In this document: positions 42,322 through 63,688 of the stretch, one piece after another | Layout of the letters: every line of letters starts with the position of its first letter | Position numbering within the stretch: the stretch's first letter is position 1 | Assembly: GCF_009914755.1 (NCBI RefSeq) | Contig: NC_060931.1 | Reading direction: 5' to 3' (one strand) | From: the human T2T-CHM13v2.0 reference genome, Homo sapiens | DNA: 64,000 nt | Notes under the pieces: model-generated | Databases searched by the model: none | Seen by the model: the letters and a program-made list of their open reading frames with translations, nothing else | What the model was told of the DNA's origin: nothing | Program-made: the position numbers and the translations under genes

Positions 42322-43165
42322 AGCAGTCCCCAACCTTTTTTTTTGGCACCAGGAAGCAGTTTCGTGGAAGACAATTTTTCCACAGACTGGGTTGGCAGGA
42401 ATGGTTTTGAGGTGATTCAAGTGCATTACATTTATTGTGCACTTTATTTCTATTATTATTTATTTATTTATTTGAGACAGAGTCTTACTCTGTTACCCAG
42501 GCTGGAGTGCACTGGTGTGATCTCAGCTCACTACAACCTTCCGCCTCCTGATTTCAAGTGATTCTCTGCCTCAGACTCCCGAGTAGCTGGGACTATAGGT
42601 GCCGGCCACCAGGCCCAGCTAATTTTTGTATTTTTTTTTTTTTAGTAGAGACAGGGTTTCACCATCTTGGCCAAGCTGGTCTTGAATCCTGACCTCAGGT
42701 GATCCACTCACCTCAGCCTCCCAAAGTGCTGGGATTGCAGGAATGAGCCACTGTGCTTGGCCCTATTATTATTACATTGTAATATATAATAAAATAATTA
42801 TACAACTCACCATCATGTAGAATCAGTGGGAACCCTGAGTTTGTTTTCCTGCAACTAGATGGTCCCATCTGGGGGTGATGGGAGACAGTGACAGATCATC
42901 AGGCATTAGATTCTCATAAGGAGTGCACAACCTAGATCCCTCGTATGCACAGTTCACAATAGGGTTTATGCTCCTATGAGAATCTAATGCTGCCACTGAT
43001 CTGACAGGAGGTGGAGCTCAGGTGGTAATGTGAGCAATGGGGAGTGGCTGTAAATACAGATGAAGCTTTGCTCACTTGCCCACCGCTCACCTCCTGCTGT
43101 GCGGCCTGGCTCCTAGCAAGCCATGGGCTGGTATCTGTCCACAGCCCAGAGGTGGGGACCCCTGT
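42322..43165 (+). mobile_element. MER1A (hAT-Charlie) with nested AluS (42458-42762); extra MER1 5' fragment at ~42138-42230
   Basis: cagtccccaaccttttt..ggcaccagg; attagattctcataaggagtgcacaacctagatccc; ggtggggacccctg. Confidence 0.88.
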
Positions 43166-43633
43166 CTCACAGCACAAGGTAACAGACCAGTGGCTCCAGC
43201 GGAATCTTTGTCCAGTTCCTTCCTTCACTGTCAAACAGACTACTTCTGGAATACAGAGGTCTGAGGGCCCTTGAGGTCTCATCTGGTACACCTTGAGGCA
43301 GGGCACAGCCAGTGATGATACGGGCTTTCCTTCATCCCTGCCCACCCAGCCCTCCTGGAGCCTCCTGGTACCAGGAGAAAGTTCAGTCCCTCTCGGACAT
43401 TTGAGAGACTCTTGCCTTTAAATGGGGAGAATTAAGGAGCTCTACTTTCATATTCTGAGCATTTGGATGTCAGTCAATTCTTCTCTAATCATGTGGCCTA
43501 ATTCTCAAAAATGAGCTTTGTCCCCACTGACACCCATACCCCAGCCTCTGGCCATCTGGACCTTGTTTTGATGAACTACTCCCTGGTGATAAACACCTAT
43601 TCCTCCAGGACAAAGAGACACCATGCTTTGGGG

Positions 43634-44017
<384 letters not shown>

Positions 44018-44815
44018 TAAGCTTGAGCCTGGCTTTCTACGTTAATGCCACCAAATGTCTCATCTACCTCACTGATCTTCAACATAGCCCACCACCATTT
44101 TTTCGGGGGCCCTGATTACTTCTTGCTGAATCAGTCATTTCCTGTCAGTCATGCTTCATTTTATTTGATCCTATTATAACACATTTCTTACTGTAATAGA
44201 GTTTGGGGGTTACAAATCCCCCACCAGCCCCTCCAGTCCTTTTGGGCAAGTACCACATAGGTAGTGCATCTTATTCATCTGTGTATCCATAGCAACCGGC
44301 CCCCAGAGAAAGCCCTCAGCTAGTAGTTGCTGAACGAACACCTCTCACCAGCCATGGCAGTCTGGCATTCTCAGCTGGGTGACCAAGATTCAAAGGGCTA
44401 GGAAGCTCAGGTCAGCCCAAGAGAGTTACCGTCAAGAAGCTAAAAGACACACTGCCTCACAAGCCCAGTTGAGATTTTGCCTTTTTCCGTCTCTGTTGCT
44501 ATGGGAATAGAGCTCCCCATATGTGGCAGAATCATATAAGTAGAGTATTTCTTCCAAGTAGCATCTCTGAGTGGAATTCCCATTGCAAGGATTCAGGCTT
44601 TCCCTCCCAGGAAGCTTTAGATGCCATTTAGATCCTCTGGGATTCAGAGGATCGTAGAGTCTGAAGAGAGAGCAGAGAAGACCACCTCCCTGTTCTCTTT
44701 AACCACCCCCAACCCCACATCCCATCTTTCATTATCTCTCTCTTCCTTCCCCTCCAGCCCAAATGTTCAGCAAGCCAAGTGGCCTCTCAAGATCTTCTTA
44801 TAAAGATAGACCTCT

Positions 44816-44970
44816 GGCCAGCCACAGTGGCTCATGCCCGTAATGCCAGCACTTTGGGAGGCTAAAGAGGAAGACCATTTGAGTCCAGGAGTTTGAGACC
44901 AACTTGGGCAACATAGCAAGATCCCATCTCTATTGGAAAAAAAAAAAACAGTCAAAACAAAACAAAACAG
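44816..44970 (+). mobile_element. FLAM / free left Alu monomer
   Basis: Single monomer with tail; TSD aaagatagacctct. Confidence 0.88.
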
Positions 44971-45169
44971 AAAGATAGACCTCTGATCTGTGCAAAGTCG
45001 AGTAACAAAATTACGTCCACATCAAGGGAACATCTGAAGCAATTTTATCTGCTCTGTAACCACAATGGAGTCAATATAACTTAAAGGGAAAAAAATGACC
45101 TAGATGAGGGATATCCTTAAGGAAGAAAGGATGCAAGCATTTATTAAGCACCTACTTTATATTGGTGCA

Positions 45170-45550
45170 TAATATGGTTTGGTTCTGTGTCCCCACCAAA
45201 ATCTCATCTCGAACTGTAATCCCCATAATCCCCACGTGTCAAGGGCAGGACCTGGTGGGAGGTGATTAGATCACGGGGGCAGTTTCCTCCGTGATGTTCT
45301 CTTGATAGCGAATGAGTTCTCACAAGATCTGATGGTTTTATTTTATGAGTGTTTGACATTTCCTCCTAACACACACTATCTCTCTTGCCTGCCACCACGT
45401 AAGACATTCCTGCTTCTCCTTTTGCCATGATTGTAAGTTTCCAGAGGCCTCCCCAGCCATGCAGAACTGTGAATCAATTAAACCACTTTCCTTTATAAAT
45501 TACCCAGTCTTGGATATTTCTTTATAGCAGTGCAAAAACGGACTGATACA
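45170..45550 (+). mobile_element. THE1D-like MaLR LTR
   Basis: atatggtttggttctgtgtccccacc...ggactgataca. Confidence 0.92.
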
Positions 45551-45922
45551 GTGCACTTTCTCACTTAACTTGCAGAGCAATTCCATGCAATAAGTATCAC
45601 TACCTCCTTTTACAGTTGAAGCAATGGAGGCTTAGCAATCTCAAGTAATGGTTAAGTTACAAAGCCAAGATTGGAACTTAACTCAGATTTTTTGAATCCC
45701 AATGTAGTGCTCTTTCTACTATATTTGAGCCTCTCCCACACATAATGAGCATGCATTATCCTAACCAAGAGTTTCACTTTTGATTTCATTTTCAGTGCTC
45801 CAAATAAGTTGCCTTCAGTTTGCTCTGTGGCCCTGACACCTTCTTATATTGCCAAAATAGTCAAAATGTGGGAAGACAACAGGTGAGATGGGAAAAGATC
45901 AGCTATACCACATAATTGGCCC

Positions 45923-46288
45923 TGAATATGGTTTCGCTTTGTCCCCACCCAAATCTCATCTTGAATTGTAGCTTCCATAATTCTCATATGTTGTGGGAGG
46001 GACCTAGTGGAAGATAACTGAATCATGGGGGCGGTTTTCCCCATACTGTTCTCATGGTAGTGAGTAAGTCTCACGAGATCTGATGGTTTTATAAGGGGAA
46101 ACTCCTTTAACTTGGTCCTCATACTCTCTTGTCTGCCACCAAGAAAGACGTGCCTTTCGCCTTCCGCCATGATTGTGAGGCCTCCCCAGCCAGATGGAAC
46201 TGTGAGTCCATTAAACTTCTTTTTATTCTTATAAACTACCCAGTCTCTGGTATGTCTTTATCAGCAGCATGAGAACAGACTAATGCAG
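45923..46288 (+). mobile_element. THE1B/C-like MaLR LTR
   Basis: atatggtttcgctttgtccccacccaaatctc...agactaatgca. Confidence 0.92.
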
Positions 46289-46710
46289 TCCCTTAGTCCT
46301 CAAATACTGGCTGGTTTGGGGGCTGCACTTCCGACCTCCCTGCCAAGTCTGCAGGCCAGTGGCATCAATGTGCCAGCAAGCATTTTAAAATAATCTGTTC
46401 TTATTTTGAGTCAGCATTTCCTGAGAGTGAGACTTCTGGATAAAATTGCAATCAAGTATCAGACAGGACTCAAAATGGGAAAAAAAAAAGTCCATTTTAG
46501 CCACGTTTAAATCTTGCCTGCCACTGAAATGCTACCTTTCTCAACCTGAGTCCTGTGGGAAATAAAGGGATGGATAAAGGGCGTAGAGAGAGGGGATATG
46601 CTTTCTGTTTGATTTGGAGGTAAACGTTTTCCCCAGCCCCACTCTTCGCGTCTCAGGGTATGTTTCTATTCTGCCCTATCTAAAGGCCACCAGGTATGCT
46701 GATTTTAAAA

Positions 46711-46900
46711 CAGTGATTCTCAAAGTAGGGTAATCCCAGGCCGGCAACATCAGCATCAACTGGGAACTTGTTAAAACTGCAAATTTGGGGGCCCCACTCC
46801 AGGGCCCTGCTGAATCAGAAAGTTGGTGGCACCCACTGAGATCTGTCTTTTAGAAGTTCTCTGGCTGGTTCTGGAACACTCTCAAATTAAACAACCCTTG
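46711..46900 (+). mobile_element. MER5A (hAT-Charlie) in IR spacer
   Basis: cagtgattctcaaagt...catcagcatcaactgggaacttgtt...ctgaatcagaa. Confidence 0.85.
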
Positions 46901-46917
46901 ACTTGAAAGGCTGGTTC

Positions 46918-47243
<326 letters not shown>

Positions 47244-47499
47244 TGATTCTCTTACTCTCTGAACACATTCCCTCTCTCCAGCCCTCCACCCATTCCTTTA
47301 TTTCCCACAGGACTCAGGTTGCATCCTAGTGACAGGTGAGATTTAAACATTGCTGAAACTGACATTTTGCTTTTTAAATTTTCCAGTCCTATCTGATACT
47401 TGATTGCAATTTTATCCAGAGGTCCCACTCTCGGAAAATACTGACTCAAAATAAGAACAGATTATTTTAAAATGCTTGCTGGCACATTGATGCCACTGG

Positions 47500-48300
47500 C
47501 TGGTTCAGACTAACTAATTAATCCTGATTTGACCTGAATTAATGCCTAATCTGTGTAAAATGATGGAGATTTACTGGAATGCGGCAAATGTGAGAATATG
47601 AAAACCAAAGGCACGTGGGAGTGGATTCAACATGAGGGTGACATGAGGATTACAGCACTTCTTCGGCTGGTGCATTATTTGAAGTTTGAATTTTCTTCCT
47701 CTCTCCTCTCCACCCCACCTCCTCCAAGGGAAAAAAAAATTACCAGAAGACATGAGCATATTGTCTTCTTTCTTCCCAAATAAAGGTAAACTGACAGTGC
47801 TTTCAATGAAAGCCTCTGTGTGATTGGAATTAAATGTCAAATATGATTTCCTGTTGGCAATTCAAAGTGTTGGTGTCAAAACCAAAACTGACAGCATGGC
47901 TGCAGATTAGTATCTGTCTGGATCACGGCATCACACTGCGGGGAAGGTTTACGATTTAGTAGATTAACACAGCTCTCTTCACGCTAGCACTTAAGAGATA
48001 ATTTGTTCAAGCAGGAGCCGATTAGATTGCGATGCCCATGAGCAGAAGCTCTGTCCCCTGAAGTTCCGTCAGGCGTTTGATAGCACACCCTGCCCCTGTG
48101 GGGTTCTGCCATCATTACTGGGTGACAGGCAGGAGAGGTGAGCGGGCCACAGCTGCCAGCTGCCTGGCTGTCAGTAGCCACCAAGTGATGTCTGCTGGCG
48201 ATATCTCAGAGGGAAAAAAAATGGAGCTTCTATTGATCCAACCAATATGAAATGGCCTTGCAGGTTGGAGATCTGATTCATTGAACTTTGCTGCCCACAT
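47500..48300. promoter_or_regulatory. Candidate conserved developmental enhancer
   Basis: Repeat-free; TAATTA/TAATCC 47515-47524, TGACAG at 47792, 47889, 48123 and rc 48168; motif content only, no alignment. Confidence 0.4.
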
Positions 48301-48639
48301 GGGATGGAGGGAAGAGAGACTCCCTGGCAAGTCATTGAGTCATCCACTTGACCACTAGGTTTCTCCTCCTAGCTCTAGAAAAAAGAAAGCAAGCAGGGCT
48401 CAGAGAGGTTCAGAGACTTGTCCAAGATCACAGAGCTCGGGGGGGTGAGAAAAAGATAGTTTATATTGCTCAAGACTTGCAAAGTGGTACAACCTGTGTT
48501 AGGCACTTTTATCCCCAATATCTTGTGTGATATTCATAATGACTTTGATGTTTTTATGAGGCAAACTAGGTTAAGAGTGTTAGGGAAATGGCCTAAGCCA
48601 TAGCAAGTCCATGGCAGTATTAGAACTAGGTCTCTTCTT

Positions 48640-48868
48640 ATTTCTTTTTTTATTTTTTTATTGTTATTATTTTTTGAGACAGGGTCTTACTCTGTCGCCC
48701 ACGCTGGAGTACAGTGGCATGATCATGGCTCACTGCAGCCTCAATCTCCCAGGCTCAAGTGATCCTCCCACTTCAGTCCTCCATAGGACTACAGGGATGC
48801 GCCAGCCACCACACCTGCCTATTTTTTTATTCTTTGTAGTGAGAGGAGCTTGCCATATTACCCAACCT
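48640..48868 (-). mobile_element. AluJ, partial
   Basis: Alu sequence. Confidence 0.85.
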
Positions 48869-49816
48869 ATGTGCTTCTATCTTATGCACCTGACATTTCT
48901 GCCAAATGACAGCCGTAGAACCCAGATAATAAAATAAATAAAATGAATGCCCTGTGTCTTGACCAACCATAAATTGTAACGGATTCTTGGCAAGCCAGAT
49001 TTAAGAGTTTCAACTTGCAGAGACGATGTTTGTTCTTTCTTTTTCCCCTCTTGTCCTCACTGCTGGGGAAGAAGGAAAAACGGTGAAAGTCGTCGGCTCA
49101 GGACAGCATTTCTATTATTCAACAATGCTGGGGTGTGACAGCATAGAAGACTCACAAAATAATGTTCAGACTCTGGTTTCAGAATGTTTACTCTCTTCTG
49201 GATGAACTCTGACATCCAAATGCATTAATGCAATGCCATTTTCAACTCTCATGCCAATCTCCATCCTTGTACGTATCAGAATTTTAATGCCTGCTTCCCT
49301 GTTTGAGTTATGGTAATTTATTGTAATAGTGTATTTTGACCTTTTCAGTATTTTGTATTTTTATTGGATAGCTGTTTCACCTCTTCCCTGGAGGGTTAGC
49401 CAGGCTGAAAACGAGAGAGAATGGTAAGAACAACCAATCAAAATACAGAATATTAAAAAGGTCAACACACAAGAGCAAACTACTAATTTGGAAAACACAC
49501 AAATGCAAAAAGGATGAAAGCACCAAACAGCATGGTGGTCACAGCAAGAGTAAATGGACAAGAGAAGGCTAAGAGGAGCCTCTCAACCCATGGCCCAGCA
49601 GTCTGTTCAGCCATTGCATGGAAACAAGGCCCTCATCAGACACCAAAGGGCGGCAGGAATCAATGCAAACTCCAAAGGGCATCACCTGTGCCATTTTTGT
49701 TTCTGCCTGGCCAATGAAAATGGCAAGGAGAGGGGTTGAGGTTGAAAGGTCCCAGCTTGGAGATGCCAGGGGACTTTTAAATATGATGTTCAATTGCCAG
49801 TTGTGCCAAGAGTATT

Positions 49817-50144
<328 letters not shown>

Positions 50145-50195
50145 CTATCCACAGTCAGATGAACATCTCAGGGGTTTAGAACTGATACTCACCTA

Positions 50196-52179
<1,984 letters not shown>

Positions 52180-52400
52180 ACTGGTGGATTTTCTTTGGGC
52201 CCATAGACCATCCCCTTGTGACTTGCCCCATCTTAGACCTTCTGAGCTCCTGCTTTGACTCTTAGCAATTTAATTAATTCTAGATAATGGTATTGTTCAT
52301 CTGCTGTGTGTCAGGCACTCTTCTAATTTTTACACACACATGGCTTTCACATGAGTTACAAGTTCTCTGGCTTTCTTTTGCTTCACCTGCAAAATGGGGG

Positions 52401-53378
<978 letters not shown>

Positions 53379-53632
53379 AGGAATTAGCACCGGAATTAAT
53401 GCAGCCACCTCTAAGTACATTCCTTAAGGGCATTTAGAAACAGAACAGTTTCTCTAAAATAATGTTTTCAAACCCTTAACCTGAAAAAGAAGTGTTGGAA
53501 GTTCCAGCAGAAACAGAATAAGAGGAGGAAGAGTTGGCACTCGGCTGGGGGAAGCAAGTTTGTGGTAAAATAGAACCCATGAGTGGATGGCTGGAAGCTG
53601 CAGAGATGAGCTACTTGGAAAATCAAGCCGAG

Positions 53633-55095
<1,463 letters not shown>

Positions 55096-55544
55096 GAAAA
55101 TTAAGAATCTAATCGCTCTTGGTGTTTCATAGAGGCTTTCCTCTTTTTTCCAGGGTAAATCACTTGTGATTATTGTTTCTTTGCCTTGGCTCCTCTGTGT
55201 AACAAATCATCAAATCAACTTTTGTTCTAGGAATTTATTTAGTTAATTGATCCTTCCAGGCTCAGAGGTACTGAGCTTGACACCAGAGGCCCTTTTCTCT
55301 ATAGTAATGTAGCACCTTTCTCTAGAGAGTGCTAAGCATTTGCAAATACCAACTAATTATTCATTGAAGGTATTTCACTGAATTAGAAAGTTGCAAATTA
55401 TAGAAAAATTGAAATCAACAACTGTTTCTTAATAATTACAGTTCATGAAGAGATTATGCATTTCCATGCATTGGTCATGCTCTAATTACGGTCTGAAGTA
55501 ACTACTCACTGACCAACCAATAATTAGTAGCATTATAATTATAG

Positions 55545-56229
<685 letters not shown>

Positions 56230-56578
56230 TAAACACAATAGGAAATCAATCCATTGCCACTTTATCTGTCTATATTACCATTAATAAATTATGAAGGGGG
56301 TCCTTTCTGAAAATCTAAGGGCCCGGGGCATATATTCATGCCAATAGGCTCTTACTTGTACTGTACAACAGATGTCTAAATCTAGACCTATTTTGTCTCG
56401 CATTTTGTTCTTATTCCTTTTGTCTCCTTCATTCTGTCTCCTCCCTCTAGTTCCTTCTAAGTGTACTGTCATTAATATTCTTCCTTTCTTTGAAATTCCT
56501 CCTTAAAAGATCTCTGTACAAAGATGAAAGATGCAAGAGGAAAATAGTATCACAAAATTGACATGAAATTTGAGATCA

Positions 56579-58126
<1,548 letters not shown>

Positions 58127-58773
58127 ATGTTAATGTTTTCTCTGTATTCATTTGGATCAATTCAGAGCAACTGAAGACTATCATTTCACACAGTTTCCTC
58201 CCTTTTTTCCTTTCCTCTGAGTCTGCTCAGCCCAGGCCAAAGGAGTGCCTTTGGGGCCTGAGTTTCTTTTTCAGTGCTCTCCCAGACTGGACTATTTCCC
58301 ATAGGAACATCAACACCTTCAAAATGTGATTACCCCAATTTCTTGAATGTCCAATCTTTCCAGCATTTCAGGGAATTATCAGGAAATACAATACAATAAC
58401 ATGAGGCCCAAATCCACAATATTTAGAAAACTCACTTAATCCCCAAACCAGATATGCTCATTAGAGTAGTTTACAGCCTTAACATTAATTCCCAAGTAGA
58501 TATCATGTTTCCTAAACCCAATATCCATACATGCGAGATCCAACTTGCTATTATTAGCCATATATAAGAGGTTCATATTCGCTTAGTGAAAGGATTAGCA
58601 AAAAAAAATGTAAAAGTGAAACCAACAAGCCAGGTTTCTGTGTGGTTTCTGCTTTTCCAGCCTGTCTATCAACCACACCAGTTGTCCAAAATCATACCAA
58701 TTGGTATGACTTTGTGCCTGTCCTCCTTTTCTAGATGTATCCCTTTCTCTCTGTAATTCACCAAATCTTCAGG

Positions 58774-58953
58774 TTTTGTTGTTGTTGCTGTTGTTGTTAC
58801 GGAGTCTCACTCTGTCTTCTCAGTTCACTGCAACCTCTGCCTCCCGGATTCAAGCAATTCTCCTGCCTCAGCCTCCTGACTAGCTGGGATTACAGGCACA
58901 TGCCACCACGCCCAGCTAATTTTTATATTTTTAGCAGAGACAGGGTTTCTCCA
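58774..58953 (-). mobile_element. AluS 3' half, truncated at NUMT left junction
   Basis: Tail, right monomer and linker; ends gagacagggtttctcca. Confidence 0.9.
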
Positions 58954-59176
58954 GGGAGGTCAGTATAAGGGATCAGGTTTGCCTTTTAACATTGCAAATT
59001 ATTATTGTTTGTTTTAGTGCAAGCTGGGTTAGTCAATGTTGAATGGAAGTCAATCAGTTATTAATTAAATGACTGGGGGTTGGAAATAGCACAGTAGGAA
59101 ATAAAATGATTAATGTTACTACAGGTAGACCTAGAATTGTTGGGGTAGTAAAAGAGGCGAATAAATTTTCGTTCAT
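58954..59176 (-). pseudogene. MTATP6P: MT-ATP6 pseudogene, 5' ~74 codons
   Basis: rc translates [40 protein letters not shown]...QTWSLMLTS (mito code); truncated at the NUMT junction. Confidence 0.97.
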
Positions 59177-59603
59177 TTTAATTCTCGGGGGTTTCATGTT
59201 TCTGTGCTTTCATCGTTTTTGGTGTAGGGGGTAGGTGGTAAGTGAAATTTGATACTTTTAACTGGAGAATAGAGTTATAATTATCAGTAGGATAACCATG
59301 GACCATGTGGAATGTTGGGAGCAAGCCCCCCAAAATCTGGCCATAAACAAAATCTCTGCAGCACTGTGACATGTTCATAATGGCCCTAACATCCAAGCTG
59401 GAAGGTTGTGGGTTTACGGGAACGAGGGCAAGGAACACCTAGCCCGCCCAGGGCAGAAAACCACTTAAAGGCATTCTTAAGCTACAAACAAAAGCCTGAG
59501 CGATCTGTGTCTTAAGGGCATGTTCCTGCTGCAGTTAACTAGCCCACCTATTCAATTAATATAGGATAACAATGGACCATGTGGAAGTATCTAGTTGAGG
59601 CAT
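59131..59603 (-). pseudogene. MTATP8P: MT-ATP8 pseudogene interrupted by MER9 LTR
   Basis: ATG at 59603, MPQLDTSTWSIVIL; overlaps ATP6 start; 3' end approximate. Confidence 0.95.
59313..59560 (+). mobile_element. MER9 (HERV-K9/HML-3) LTR, 5' half only
   Basis: Starts TGTTGGGAGCAAGCCCCCCAAAATCTGGCCATAAACAAAATCTCTGCAGCACTGTGACATG, matching the MER9 5' end. Confidence 0.88.
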
Positions 59604-59604
59604 T

Positions 59605-59675
59605 TCACTATAGAGGGGGCTTAGATCTCCTCAGTCTTTAACTTAAAAGGTTGGTGCTAGATTAGCTTTACAGTG
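59605..59675 (-). pseudogene. mt-tRNA-Lys pseudogene (NUMT)
   Basis: rc CACTGTAAAGCTAATCTAGCACCAACCTTTTAAGTTAAAGA..., anticodon TTT. Confidence 0.95.
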
Positions 59676-60359
59676 ATATAGTGTAGATGTTGCTCAGGTT
59701 TCAAAGCATTTTAAGGGAACTAATTCTAGGATGATAAGTGTAAAACTGTGGTTGGACCCACAAATTTCTGAGCATTGGCCATAGTAAAGGCCTGGTCTTG
59801 TAGCAGTTAAAATGGTTTGATTTAAGCGTCCAGGGATTGCATCTGTTTTGAGGCCCGGTGACGGGATAGTTTGTGAGTGCAGGACGTCTTCAGATGAGAT
59901 TAATATACGAATAGGGATTTCTGTTGGGAGAATTGTTTGGTTACCAGCTTCAAGGAGTCGAAGTTCTCCTGGTTTTAAGTCTGTTGTTGGAGTCATGTAA
60001 GAATCGAAACTTACATCTTCATAGTCTGTATACTCATAGCTTCAGTATCATTGGTGGCCAGTTGTTTTGACAGTGAGGGACGGGCTATTAATTTCATCTG
60101 TCAAGTATAGAATACGAAGACAGGGGAGGACAATTAAGATCAGGATAATGGTGGGTAAAATAGCTCACATATTCTCGTTCTCTTGAGCATCTATAGTGCT
60201 AGCATGAGTTAATTTTGTTGTCAGCATTAGGGAAATAATATATAGGGCCAGGGAACTAATGAGGAAAAGAATTATAAGAGTGTGGTCATGGAAAGTGAGT
60301 AGTTCTTGTATAATAGGGGATGTAGCATCTTGGAGACCTAGCTGAAATAGATGAACTAT
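59676..60359 (-). pseudogene. MTCO2P: MT-CO2 pseudogene, full length (227 codons)
   Basis: [48 protein letters not shown]; no frameshift; AGA at codon 188, W163Q and M207T disable it. Confidence 0.98.
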
Positions 60360-60736
<377 letters not shown>

Positions 60737-60739
60737 GTA

Positions 60740-60808
60740 GAGAAAGTCATAGAAGTTATGGGATTGGCTTGAAACCAGTCTCTGGGAGTTCGATTCCTTC
60801 CTTTTTCC
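60740..60808 (+). pseudogene. mt-tRNA-Ser(UCN) pseudogene (NUMT)
   Basis: GAGAAAGTCATAG...TTGGCTTGAAACCAG...GTTCGATTCCTTCC, anticodon TGA. Confidence 0.95.
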
Positions 60809-60809
60809 T

Positions 60810-62614
<1,805 letters not shown>

Positions 62615-62623
62615 GGGTACAAG

Positions 62624-62690
62624 GGTAAAATGGCTGAGCAAGCATTAGACTGTAAATCTGAAAACAGAGGTCAAAGGTCTCTTTTTACCA
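62624..62690 (+). pseudogene. mt-tRNA-Tyr pseudogene (NUMT)
   Basis: GGTAAAATGGCTGAG...GACTGTAAATCT...CTTTTTACCA. Confidence 0.95.
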
Positions 62691-62748
62691 GTCCTGGGGT
62701 GATATCTCATATATTGAATTGCAAATTCAAAGGAGCAGCTTCAATCCT
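62690..62748 (+). pseudogene. mt-tRNA-Cys pseudogene, 3' end deleted
   Basis: AGTCCTGGGGTG...TTGAATTGCAAATTC...GCAGCTTCAATCC. Confidence 0.9.
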
Positions 62749-62768
62749 CCCCTAAACCGCGGGAGAAG
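62747..62768. other. Degenerate mitochondrial light-strand origin (OL) remnant
   Basis: CTCCC...GCGGGAGAAG between tRNA-Cys and tRNA-Asn; stem partly deleted. Confidence 0.8.
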
Positions 62769-62841
62769 TAGATTGAAGCCAGTTGACTAGAGTATTTAGC
62801 TGTTAACTGAATTTTCGTGGGTTTGGTCTCCACCAATCTAG
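62769..62841 (+). pseudogene. mt-tRNA-Asn pseudogene (NUMT)
   Basis: TAGATTGAAGCCAGTTGA...TTAGCTGTTAACT...CCAATCTAG. Confidence 0.95.
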
Positions 62842-62842
62842 C

Positions 62843-62909
62843 AAGGGCTTAGCTTAGTTAAAGTGGCTGATTTGCATTCAATCGATGCAGGATAGTCTTG
62901 CAATCCCTA
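62843..62909 (+). pseudogene. mt-tRNA-Ala pseudogene (NUMT)
   Basis: AAGGGCTTAGCTTAGTTAAAGTGGCTGATTTGCATTCA..., anticodon TGC. Confidence 0.95.
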
Positions 62910-62918
62910 GATTTGTTA

Positions 62919-63298
<380 letters not shown>

Positions 63299-63580
63299 AA
63301 GTCATAGTCAGTAGCAGCGGAGAGATAGGTAGGAGGAGGGTGGAAGAGATAATAAGTGAAGATACGAATAGTATAGGTTTTGTGTTTTCAAGCTATCATT
63401 TTATTTTCGTGTTACTGGATGTGGGAATAGTTTTATTGGGGTGAAATAAATTAGGCATATATAGAAGTATAGGTTGAGTAAAGCTATAATAGCTATAATA
63501 GTTGGGGTAATAAGGCTGTTATTTTTTGTAAATTCTTGAATGATAGCTCATTTAGGCAAAAATCCTGTTAATGGGGATAA
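63299..63580 (-). pseudogene. MTND2P: MT-ND2 pseudogene, 3' part
   Basis: rc translates [38 protein letters not shown]. Confidence 0.96.
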
Positions 63581-63588
63581 CATATACT

Positions 63589-63688
63589 GGTTTCGCCAGG
63601 CTGGTCTTGAACTTCTGACCTCAAGTGATCCACCCTTCTCGGCTTCCCAAAGTGCTGGGATTACAGGTGCGAGCCACCGCACCCGGCT
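63589..63688 (-). mobile_element. AluSz/Sx 5' part, truncated at NUMT right junction
   Basis: gccaggctggtcttgaac...gacctcaagtgatcc...gccaccgcacccggc. Confidence 0.9.

Noticed and set aside
46415-46470. Strand-specific G:U bias in IR mismatches as proof of an RNA hairpin
   Set aside because: Six transitions split 4 minus-strand versus 2 plus-strand wobbles; uninformative
49300-49810. Unique stretch as possible lncRNA exon
   Set aside because: No splice or promoter evidence I can support from sequence alone
59694-59996. 100-aa COX2 C-terminal ORF open in the standard code
   Set aside because: By-product of W163Q removing a TGA; CuA ligand M207 lost; no promoter or targeting signal seen
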